From NCBI GenBank assembly GCA_016839765.1, contig JAEOTP010000040.1, positions 1-39,032 on the forward strand: a stretch of 39,032 nt of DNA, read 5' to 3'. Under the pieces are notes generated by a model. The model was not told the DNA's origin, did not search any database, and saw only the letters and a list, made by a program, of their open reading frames with translations. Below are positions 9,287 to 17,804 of the stretch, in pieces (within the stretch, counting starts at the first letter, position 1; each line of letters opens with the position of its first letter). The position numbers and the translations under genes are program-made. This DNA comes from Promethearchaeota archaeon (lineage in GTDB: Archaea > Asgardarchaeota > Lokiarchaeia > Sigyniarchaeales > SOKP01).

Positions 9287-11032
9287 CTAAATATTGATTT
9301 TATCATTTGATGATTTTAGCGTTTCTTTGTCAATTTTTCCTAAAATTTTTTCTCTTAATACTTTACCATTAATTGGGGTACCTTTTAGAAATTTTGATGA
9401 TTTTTTCAATTCTGCCTGATATTTGGTATTAAACGCCTTTTCACGCTTAATAATTGGCTTATTGGGAGGCTCATCTTTGTTTAGAGAACTCCGATATTTA
9501 CGAATTTTTCTAACTGGAACAGGATATTTTAAATATAATTGATACGCGATAAGATAAGCACCTAAAATGACTGCACCAATACTTACTATTATAAATAACC
9601 CACTAAATAACCATGGCTCTGAGATTGGATCAGGAATAGTTTCTATATATGAAATTTCTAAAAAAACATCATCTAATGATAGGACAATATTTCTATCCAA
9701 GCGAAACTCATCTGCAAGGAAAACTTGAATAGAGAGATTCATTTTTTCATATGGATACATTATATCATATTCCATAAGGTCATACCCCTCGGGTTTTGCT
9801 TCTTGAAATGACGGTGAATATATATAATCAATTAACCAAATATACTCTTTATGTTCTCGATTGTTAATTAGAATCTTAATTTTAGAATTTTGTGATGCTG
9901 AAGTCCAATTTTGATCAATTTTATACTTGAATTTTAAATTTGCTTTAGTGATTTCAACGTTAGTACCGTTAATCTCTCTTAGTTCTTGATTCCAAGAAAC
10001 ATGGGTAGATTTATCCATTTTCTTTTCATATGTAAAAGTAAGATTACAGGATTTAATGAGTAATGAATACCATACGTCTAATTCATAATGCTCATAATTA
10101 TCTTCACTATCTATTTCTATCCCTAAAGTAACAGTAAAATTATAAGGATCATATTCAAAAACCTTATTAAGATTATAAATAAAGTCGTCTTCACTTATTG
10201 GTATCATAGAAGTATCGTTCAAAAAAGTCCTTGTAGTATAACTATAATCCCTACGTTCCGCAGTTCCATTGCCTAAATCATCTGTTCGATATGAAGCTAC
10301 TCTATAGGGCTTTTTATTTTCTAAATCCGAAATTTCTACATAAAAAAATGCATGATCATATAAAGATGCATAGGCATCACCACCGGAATCATCCCAAAAA
10401 ACACTATTAGAAGTTTCAACATCTTGATCTGCACTTCCAGCGACAATAGACGAAATTGAAGCAGTGGTAATTACATAATCTGACATATCAACTGTCATTG
10501 TAATGTTTCTTTTCCATAGGACTCCTGCTAGATTTGCAGTTTGATCTCCTGAATTCGGAAAAGGACCAGAACTATCTTCATCATATACATGTGACACATT
10601 ACATCCAAAATTACTATTAATTTCATGTGTCACAGGTAAAGGGCGAATAGAATGATTTACTTCAATCCAACCATCTTCTGGTTTAGGTACACCCGAGATA
10701 TCATCAAAAATACCATAATTCCCTAATACTTCAAAATTCACATGGCCTAGACTGGTAGATGTACTGGTGTCAGTCAAATCTCCCCCCTTATCCGAAAACC
10801 ATGTTGGCTCAATTGGATCTTCGAAAGTAGGATTAATTACCCATAGTAAATTCTCATATGGTATTACGCGTGAACTCTTAATATTAGGATAACTTTCAGT
10901 TCCATTTATGTATGAATTAAAATAAATCTGCGTAAAATGTAAATTCAAAATTAAAATAAATGAAACTAAAAGAAATATTAAAGCTATTCCGGATTTATTA
11001 AAAATTTTGCGCATTTTAATTGATCCCTCCAT
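9287..11032 (-). CDS. Cell-surface protein, paralog 4 of tandem array; likely start ATG 11014 (MRKIFNK)
   Basis: N-terminal hydrophobic segment, beta-rich acidic ectodomain, TM helix and KYPVPVRKIRKYR tail. GGAGGG lies ~12 nt before ATG 11014, which directly follows the upstream stop. Confidence 0.85.
   Translation of the reverse strand: MEGSIKMRKIFNKSGIALIFLLVSFILILNLHFTQIYFNSYINGTESYPNIKSSRVIPYENLLWVINPTFEDPIEPTWFSDKGGDLTDTSTSTSLGHVNFEVLGNYGIFDDISGVPKPEDGWIEVNHSIRPLPVTHEINSNFGCNVSHVYDEDSSGPFPNSGDQTANLAGVLWKRNITMTVDMSDYVITTASISSIVAGSADQDVETSNSVFWDDSGGDAYASLYDHAFFYVEISDLENKKPYRVASYRTDDLGNGTAERRDYSYTTRTFLNDTSMIPISEDDFIYNLNKVFEYDPYNFTVTLGIEIDSEDNYEHYELDVWYSLLIKSCNLTFTYEKKMDKSTHVSWNQELREINGTNVEITKANLKFKYKIDQNWTSASQNSKIKILINNREHKEYIWLIDYIYSPSFQEAKPEGYDLMEYDIMYPYEKMNLSIQVFLADEFRLDRNIVLSLDDVFLEISYIETIPDPISEPWLFSGLFIIVSIGAVILGAYLIAYQLYLKYPVPVRKIRKYRSSLNKDEPPNKPIIKREKAFNTKYQAELKKSSKFLKGTPINGKVLREKILGKIDKETLKSSNDKINI
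9720..10069. repeat. Direct repeat copy A (~350 bp), inside surface paralog 4
   Basis: Ungapped match to 11488..11837 at offset 1768; about 25 mismatches by hand count (~93% identity). Confidence 0.9.
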
Positions 11033-12722
11033 TTTTTTTCATTTGCTCTGTTGATTGATCAATTGACTTTTCTAGTAATGTTTCTTTTTTTATTTCTGCA
11101 AAGTTTTTGCCAATTTTATCATATTTTTCAGATTTTAAAATAGGTCTACTTTTCAAAATTTTCTTAGCTTTCTTTAATTCTTTTTGATAAGTTTCATCAA
11201 ACGCTTTTTCACGTTCTCGAATTGTTTTATGAGGTGCGTCCTCATTATTTAATGAACGCCGATACTTGCGAACTTTTCTTACTGGTTTCGGATATTTTAA
11301 AACTTTTTGGTATGCAATAAGATAGCCTCCCAAACTAGCAGCAATTATACTTCCTATAATTAGGAGTAGAAGAAATATTCCAGGTTCCGAGAATATATCA
11401 GGTTCATTCTCAATATATGATATTATAAGGTAAACATCCGTAATCGAAATTACAATTTTTTGGTCTAATCCAAAGTCTTCAGCCAAAAAAACCTGAATAG
11501 ATAGATTCATTTTTTCATATGGATACATAATATCATATTCCATAAGGTCATATCCATCGGGTTTTGCTTCTTGAAATGATGGGGAATAAATATAATCAAT
11601 TAGCTGAATATACTCTTTATGTTCTCGATTGTTAATTAGAATTTTAATTTTGGAATTTTCTGATGCTGAAGTCCAATTTTGATCAATTTTATATTTAACT
11701 TTTAAATTTGCTTTAGTGATTTCAACGTTAGTACCGTTAATCTCTCTTAATTCTTGATTCCAAGAAACATAGGTAGAGCTATCCATCTTCTTTTCATATG
11801 TAAAAGTAAGATTACAAGATTTAATCAATAATGAATAAAAGATATCTAAATCAAAGAAATTGTAATTGTCTTCAGTGTAAATATCAATTCCTAATATAAT
11901 TGTAAAGTTATAAGGATCGTATTCAAAAACCTGATTCAAATAAAATATCAAATCTTCCTCATCATCATGAGTTATATAAGTGTCATTCAAATAGTCTATT
12001 GAACCTGGCCCATCTTTTCCTAAGTCTTCTGTTTTATATGATGCGATTCTACGTGGTGGTTCTTTATTTTCTAAATCTGAAATTTCAAAATAAAATATGG
12101 CATGATCATAAAAAGTAGCGAATCCAGAAAAGGAATCCGTTGGAGTTTCAAGGTTTCTATTAGCGCTTCCATTTATTATTGCGCTTAATGAAGCGGATGT
12201 TATGATATATTCTGTCATATCAACTGGCATAGTTATATTTCTTTTCCAATGTACACTGGGTCTGTTTCTTGATTGGTCAACACTCTCATCATAAGTATGG
12301 TTCGCCATACATCCTGTTCTATTATTGATTTCATAGTAATCTGGGAGTATAAAGTAAGAATTTTTCAATGCTTCCCAACTATCTTCTGGTTTCGGTATAC
12401 CTGAAACTTGGTTAAAAATTCTAGCTTCGCCTAAAAATTCAAAATTTGCCTGACCAGAGCTAGTAGTGGCATTGACATCTGCCAAATCTCCTTTTATCTC
12501 TGAAAACCAAGTAGGTTGGATAGGATCCTCAAAATTTGGATTTTCATTCCATAATAAATTTGAATGTGGAACAATACCAGAAAGATTTAGATTTTTTTGA
12601 ATTTGATTTTCTTTAGGATTTTGATTTAAATTATTATATTGAATAAATAATACTAAACAGAGAAATAACAAACTTATGCCAATAAGGCTTTTTTTTTTTT
12701 TTAACATCATTTTTGAATTCAT
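11016..12722 (-). CDS. Cell-surface protein, paralog 3 of tandem array
   Basis: Same architecture; motifs WxxNPxF, VHWKRNITMPVDM, IKSCNLTFTY, KYKIDQNW and KYPKPVRKVRKYR. Confidence 0.88.
   Translation of the reverse strand: MNSKMMLKKKKSLIGISLLFLCLVLFIQYNNLNQNPKENQIQKNLNLSGIVPHSNLLWNENPNFEDPIQPTWFSEIKGDLADVNATTSSGQANFEFLGEARIFNQVSGIPKPEDSWEALKNSYFILPDYYEINNRTGCMANHTYDESVDQSRNRPSVHWKRNITMPVDMTEYIITSASLSAIINGSANRNLETPTDSFSGFATFYDHAIFYFEISDLENKEPPRRIASYKTEDLGKDGPGSIDYLNDTYITHDDEEDLIFYLNQVFEYDPYNFTIILGIDIYTEDNYNFFDLDIFYSLLIKSCNLTFTYEKKMDSSTYVSWNQELREINGTNVEITKANLKVKYKIDQNWTSASENSKIKILINNREHKEYIQLIDYIYSPSFQEAKPDGYDLMEYDIMYPYEKMNLSIQVFLAEDFGLDQKIVISITDVYLIISYIENEPDIFSEPGIFLLLLIIGSIIAASLGGYLIAYQKVLKYPKPVRKVRKYRRSLNNEDAPHKTIREREKAFDETYQKELKKAKKILKSRPILKSEKYDKIGKNFAEIKKETLLEKSIDQSTEQMKKNGGIN
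11488..11837. repeat. Direct repeat copy B (~350 bp), inside surface paralog 3
   Basis: Matches 9720..10069. Confidence 0.9.
12689..12702 (-). repeat. A14 homopolymer in codons 7-12 of surface paralog 3
   Basis: Coding strand reads TTA AAA AAA AAA AAA AGC. Confidence 0.9.
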
Positions 12723-12915
12723 AATAGAACTATATCACCATGTAGGTTTTTTTCGCTATTCTTATCTAAATAAAAAACCATTAACCATTATTATGGTAAC
12801 TATGTTGATCTTAATAATTTATAGTTTTAGTTATATACTTTACTCAATATAATGTAAAAAAATCAGATTTAAAAAGGAATATAAAGAATTTTTATTTTTT
12901 TATTGGTTTTTTAGC

Positions 12916-14553
12916 TTATTTTTTAAAAAGTTTATCTTTCTCAATTTTTCCATTAAGAGGAGGTCCTTTCAAAAATTTTGAGGTTCTACTTACTTCTTTA
13001 TGAAAACTACCTTTAAAAGCAGCTTCACGAGAAATAATCTTGACATCAGGGCCCTTCTCACTTGGTAAGGCTTTTCTATGTTTGCGTAGCTTACGAATAG
13101 GTACTGGAAATCTCCAAACTTTAATATATGCGATTAATAATCCCGATATCACAACGGCAGCTATAGCAGCGATAATGAATAATCCAGCATAGAACCAAGG
13201 TTGTTCTTCAGTTTCAGGTGTAAATACGGTATATGTGATTTGAAGTGAAACTTCTGTGATTGATAAAGTTAGATTTTGTATCAAAGGAAATTCATCTGCA
13301 AGGAATAATTTAATTGATAGAGTTATATTCACATCTTTTAATAACAAGTATGTCATATCAAATCCGCCCGTTTTAGCTTCTGTGAAGCTTAAACCCGCAG
13401 TGCTTAACTTTACAGACTCTAGAAGGGTATTATTATTAATAAAAATCTGTAGTTCTGAATTAGGAGATAATGATGTTGGCCAATTTTGATTAATCTTATA
13501 TTTAAATTTTAAGTTACCTCCAGTTATTTGCACATTATCCCCTGAAATAGTATTTCCTTTTTGATACCAGGATATTGTAGTGAACTGATCAATCTTTTTT
13601 TGGTAAGTGAAATTTAATTTGCACGATTTTATTAATAGATCATCCCATCTATCACGGTCACTCCACCAGTTATCTTCACACCATATTCTTACCCCCAAAG
13701 TAATAGTGAAATTATGATTATCACTAGATAAAACAGAAGTGAGGTAGAAAATCAAATCTTCTTGGGAAACATTTGCCATAAGAGTATCATACATATAATC
13801 ATAACTACCAGCAGAATCTTTTCCCAAATCTACGGTTTGATTGTAAGCGACTTCATAAACTTTTTCTTTTGTTAAATCTGATAATAATACATAAAATCTG
13901 ACATAATCGCCTATAAAAAATTGGGCATTATCACCTTGATTTGGCCCTGTTTGATCACCAGGAGTCTCTACGCCCCACCCTTGAGGAGAGCTAGAAATAG
14001 CACCCGGATATGCTGTAACAGTAGCATTCACTACTGCCGTAATAGAAGCTGAGGTTATAATGTAATCGGACATATCAACAGGGATTGTGATATTTCTATC
14101 CCAGTGCACACTTGGAGATTGATAGGCATCTTCATACCAATCATGTGAAACCCAACACCCTTCTGTTGTGATGTCAGAACTATCAGGATATGTTGGGAAT
14201 TCAGGATTATGGACTTTTGTCCATTCTGATAAAATTGGAGTTCCTGAAATTTCAGAAAATGTTCTTTGTTCGCCATAAATCTTATAGTTTGCTTGTCCTT
14301 CGGTAAATGTAGCATTAACATCTGAAGTATCACCGGATATTATAGAATTCCATGGATCTATTGTTCCAGAAAAATTATTATTATCTAACCATTCTTTTGT
14401 GAATTCGTCAATTGCAGATGTATTAATTTTTTGACTTATATCATTTCTAATTAGAGAATTTTGGTTTATGAAATAAAATGATAAAAAGAGTAAGCCAAGT
14501 ATTGTTAGGTAAATATATTTCTTTTTGATTCTAATTGTCTTATTCTTATTCAA
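12916..14553 (-). CDS. Cell-surface protein, paralog 2 of tandem array
   Basis: Same architecture; tail RFPVPIRKLRKHR..REAAF. The TTG start overlaps the upstream TGA stop (TTGA at 14553..14550). Confidence 0.88.
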   Translation of the reverse strand: MNKNKTIRIKKKYIYLTILGLLFLSFYFINQNSLIRNDISQKINTSAIDEFTKEWLDNNNFSGTIDPWNSIISGDTSDVNATFTEGQANYKIYGEQRTFSEISGTPILSEWTKVHNPEFPTYPDSSDITTEGCWVSHDWYEDAYQSPSVHWDRNITIPVDMSDYIITSASITAVVNATVTAYPGAISSSPQGWGVETPGDQTGPNQGDNAQFFIGDYVRFYVLLSDLTKEKVYEVAYNQTVDLGKDSAGSYDYMYDTLMANVSQEDLIFYLTSVLSSDNHNFTITLGVRIWCEDNWWSDRDRWDDLLIKSCKLNFTYQKKIDQFTTISWYQKGNTISGDNVQITGGNLKFKYKINQNWPTSLSPNSELQIFINNNTLLESVKLSTAGLSFTEAKTGGFDMTYLLLKDVNITLSIKLFLADEFPLIQNLTLSITEVSLQITYTVFTPETEEQPWFYAGLFIIAAIAAVVISGLLIAYIKVWRFPVPIRKLRKHRKALPSEKGPDVKIISREAAFKGSFHKEVSRTSKFLKGPPLNGKIEKDKLFKK

Positions 14554-16226
14554 TTTTGCTCAGCACCCCCTGAAGTTTTTTCAATTGTTGTATTTCCCAA
14601 TTTATCGCTAATTTTAATAGATTTCTCTGTTGTACTTAATTTTAACAGCTTTGAAGTTGTACTTGTTTCTTTTTTAAAAACTTTATTGAAAGCGCTGTCT
14701 CTACTTGTAATACTTTTTGCCGGAGCAGACTCATTATTTAAGGTTTTTCTATATTTTCTAACTTTTCTTATAGGTATAGGATATTTCAAAATTCTTTGGT
14801 ACAAAATAAAGTAACCCCCTATTAAAGTTGCTGCGATAGCTGCAATTATCATCAACCAAAGAAAATATCCTGGTTCACCAGTTATATCTCCTAAGATTAT
14901 AAGATAGTATATCCATAATTCAGCATCATCAATAGATATAGTTAATGTCTGATTTAATAGGAATTCATCTGCTAAAAATATCTGTATTGAAAGTAATATA
15001 TCAACATCTTTTAACACTAAACTTGTAAGATTAAAGCCATCCACTTTAGCTTCTTGAAATTCAGTAATTGCTGACTTTAATTTGATTGTTTCTGGATGAG
15101 TATTATTATTTAATAAAATTCGAATTTCAGAATTCGGAGATAATAATTCTGGCCACGACTGATCTATTTTATATTTGAATGTCAAGAACGAGTTCGTTAT
15201 AATTTTATTTTCTCCACTTATGTCCTCACCTTCCTGATTCCAAGAAATTTTAGTGAATTGATCTATTTTCTTTTTGTAATCAAATGTCAAATCACATGCC
15301 TTGATTCTAAGAGAATCCCATTTGTCGTTGTCATAATTCCAATTATCAACACATTTAATTCTAATTCCTAGAGTAACTTTAAAGTGGAAGTTATCTCGGT
15401 CAAAAAGGGAAGTTAAATAGAAGATTAAAGCTTCTTCTAAAACTCTATTCATAAAACTATCTGCTATATAACTAATTTCTGGAAATTCATCTTGTCCTAG
15501 ATATGCAGTTTGGTACCAAGCTATTTCATATATCTCATTGCCTAGTAAATCTGATATTAATACGTAAAATCTTGCACTGTCATAATCTCCTGTTTGTGGA
15601 TATGTATCATTAATAGCATCTATTCCATAATTACTATTCTGTACTCCAGCACCCCCAGGCTTAGTGGTAACTGATGCATTAAAGACTGCTGAAACGGAAG
15701 CAGAAGTAATTACATAATCCGACATATCTACTGGCATAGTAATTATTTGCTCCCAATGAACACTCGTAGTTTGATTGGTATCATCAGGATCTTGCCATAA
15801 ATGGGAGGCTTTACATCCATGTTCATCTATTGTAACATTATCTGGTAAGACAGGAAAGAGTGGGTTAAGATTTTGTACCCAATCTTGAGAAGTGGGAGTT
15901 CCAGAAACTTCCGAAAAGGCTCTTTCATCTCCTAATATTTCAAAATTCGCTTGATTTGGTGTGTATGAAGTATTTACATCTGTTAAATCTCCTTCTTTTT
16001 GTGGAAACCAAGGCTGATAAGTACCAGAAAAACCTGGATTATCAACCCATAATCCTCCAGTAGGTATAGCAGTAGAACTTTTTAATTTTCTATCAATTTC
16101 ACTATATTGCAAATTTTGGTTTTGATTGAATTGGATTATTAATGCATTTAAAAGGATTAATGCGGTAATACAAAACAGATAAAGAATGATTTTTTTTTTC
16201 CTAAAAAATTTGATCATGAAATTCAC
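14550..16226 (-). CDS. Cell-surface protein, paralog 1 of tandem array
   Basis: Same architecture; tail KYPIPIRKVRKYR..RDSAF. Confidence 0.88.
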   Translation of the reverse strand: MNFMIKFFRKKKIILYLFCITALILLNALIIQFNQNQNLQYSEIDRKLKSSTAIPTGGLWVDNPGFSGTYQPWFPQKEGDLTDVNTSYTPNQANFEILGDERAFSEVSGTPTSQDWVQNLNPLFPVLPDNVTIDEHGCKASHLWQDPDDTNQTTSVHWEQIITMPVDMSDYVITSASVSAVFNASVTTKPGGAGVQNSNYGIDAINDTYPQTGDYDSARFYVLISDLLGNEIYEIAWYQTAYLGQDEFPEISYIADSFMNRVLEEALIFYLTSLFDRDNFHFKVTLGIRIKCVDNWNYDNDKWDSLRIKACDLTFDYKKKIDQFTKISWNQEGEDISGENKIITNSFLTFKYKIDQSWPELLSPNSEIRILLNNNTHPETIKLKSAITEFQEAKVDGFNLTSLVLKDVDILLSIQIFLADEFLLNQTLTISIDDAELWIYYLIILGDITGEPGYFLWLMIIAAIAATLIGGYFILYQRILKYPIPIRKVRKYRKTLNNESAPAKSITSRDSAFNKVFKKETSTTSKLLKLSTTEKSIKISDKLGNTTIEKTSGGAEQN

Positions 16227-16520
16227 CTTTAAATACTTAATATTTTAATTATAAACCAACATATAGTTTAAATATTTTTAAATAAGCTAATAAAGTAAAT
16301 TTTATATTTAATTTAATTGTCAAAATATTTTACTTAATTATAGAATATAACATATCCATTTTCAATTATAAATTATTTGCAATCTTCGCAGTAATTCTTG
16401 ATAAAATAATGAATTTTAAATACTCTACTAGGTTAAATTTAATTTAATATATTACTTAAGAAATAATTATAAGAAAACAAAATTTAAAAAAATTAAAAAA
16501 TCTAAGAGCGCGACATCGAC
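16227..16520. promoter_or_regulatory. Divergent promoter region between the surface-protein array and the longin/TrmB-like gene pair
   Basis: 294-bp very AT-rich gap between head-to-head genes. Several TATA-like TTTAAATA/TTATAA words, none individually assignable. Confidence 0.55.
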
Positions 16521-17777
16521 ATGATTCAAGGAATATTGACTTTTAATTTTTTATTAAACCAAAATGAAACGACTGGTGAGATTAATCCAGAATTTAGTCC
16601 TATACAATTAGTTTTTCAAAATGAACAGTTCAATGAAGAAAATTATTTTGAATTAATTATTGAAAACGATATATTCGCTACATTTTATCAACACACAACT
16701 GGACTTTTTGGTACTAAGTATGGTTTTAGTAATTTTTATGAAGGCAAATTGAAAGAGACTCCTTATCAAGTGGTATCTTATTTCAAACAATTACCTGATG
16801 GTACTCAATATCTAACTACATCTATTTTCGAATTAGATGATGAGATTGAGCTTTTTGAAGATATACTTAAAGATATGGCAAAAAGATTAGATACTATCTT
16901 TGATAAATTAGCAAAAGCAACAAATACAAAACAGTTAGATTTGATTTCTAATGTAAATATTCGATTGATGAATGAATTAAAATATACTATTTTTCAAATT
17001 CAACGATTAAGTCAATTAGATAGACTTCAGAAAGTTGCATTGATATACAATAGCGACGTAAGATTGAAAATGTTGGAGACTTTACGAGATAGACCAATCT
17101 CCAAGGACGAAATGAAAAAAATTGTAGAAAAAATGAAACCTACAGCAAATATTGATATTCTTCTTCGTCCATTTGTTGAATTAAATTTAGTACGACGAGA
17201 TTGGATTAAGGGAGAGAAAGATAAAAAAACCGGAGTGATCAAAAATCAAGGAGAATATCTCTTTTTAATAAAAGACATAATGTTTTCGCGTATACCAAAT
17301 GAAAATTTGTTAAAACATTTTAAAGATACAAATAATGAATTAATAGAACCCTTTAAACAAAAAGCAATTGATTATTTTTCTCACTACGATCCTTATATAG
17401 AAGACGTTGAAGAAACAAAAAAACTAGCTTCAATTTTATTAAACCCCGACGTTTATGATTTTTTTGTATTGATGCGTTCCAATCATTATCCATTAGATAA
17501 AATTCCTAAGATTTTTAGCGAATTTGCGGTTACAGAGATTCTTTTAGATAATCTAAAAAAGCTTAATGTAATTACTGAGATAAAAGACGAAAATAAGAGA
17601 AGTTGGATATTACTGCTAACAGATATTAAACCTTTGACAATCTTTCCAGAGTATCTCCTCCCAAAAATCAGAGCTGCTTATAGAGATGAAGATTCAGATG
17701 GAAAAATAACCTATGAAGTTGCGAAAAAGGCGTTAGATTTATTAGAAGTATCTTATCCGGAGAAAGTGACATTTTAA
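16521..17777 (+). CDS. Longin/uDENN-like N-terminal domain plus two winged-helix-like domains
   Basis: Longin-like pattern: IQGILTFNF, PIQLVF, helix, NFYEGKL, YQVVSYF, YLTTSIFE, helix. wH-like segments RLKMLETLRDRPISKDEM..LLRPFVELNLV and VYDFFVLMRS..LLDNLKKLNVI. Confidence 0.55.
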   Translation: MIQGILTFNFLLNQNETTGEINPEFSPIQLVFQNEQFNEENYFELIIENDIFATFYQHTTGLFGTKYGFSNFYEGKLKETPYQVVSYFKQLPDGTQYLTTSIFELDDEIELFEDILKDMAKRLDTIFDKLAKATNTKQLDLISNVNIRLMNELKYTIFQIQRLSQLDRLQKVALIYNSDVRLKMLETLRDRPISKDEMKKIVEKMKPTANIDILLRPFVELNLVRRDWIKGEKDKKTGVIKNQGEYLFLIKDIMFSRIPNENLLKHFKDTNNELIEPFKQKAIDYFSHYDPYIEDVEETKKLASILLNPDVYDFFVLMRSNHYPLDKIPKIFSEFAVTEILLDNLKKLNVITEIKDENKRSWILLLTDIKPLTIFPEYLLPKIRAAYRDEDSDGKITYEVAKKALDLLEVSYPEKVTF

Positions 17778-17804
17778 ATTAAAATAAAGAGATGATGTAA
17801 AAAA

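Noticed and set aside
9720-11837. Diversity-generating retroelement TR/VR pair
   Set aside because: Mismatches are not confined to adenines of either copy and many are synonymous. Both copies lie in intact paralogous ORFs, and there is no reverse transcriptase in the window.
9287-16226. Proviral double-jelly-roll capsid or structural gene cluster
   Set aside because: The proteins have signal/anchor and C-terminal TM helices. No integrase, adjacent packaging ATPase, replication gene or att-like repeat was seen.
6926-17242. Short alternative ORFs 6926..7135, 8355..8588, 8756..8941, 13256..13489, 14055..14333, 17027..17242
   Set aside because: Nested in or opposite longer genes; no recognisable protein features.
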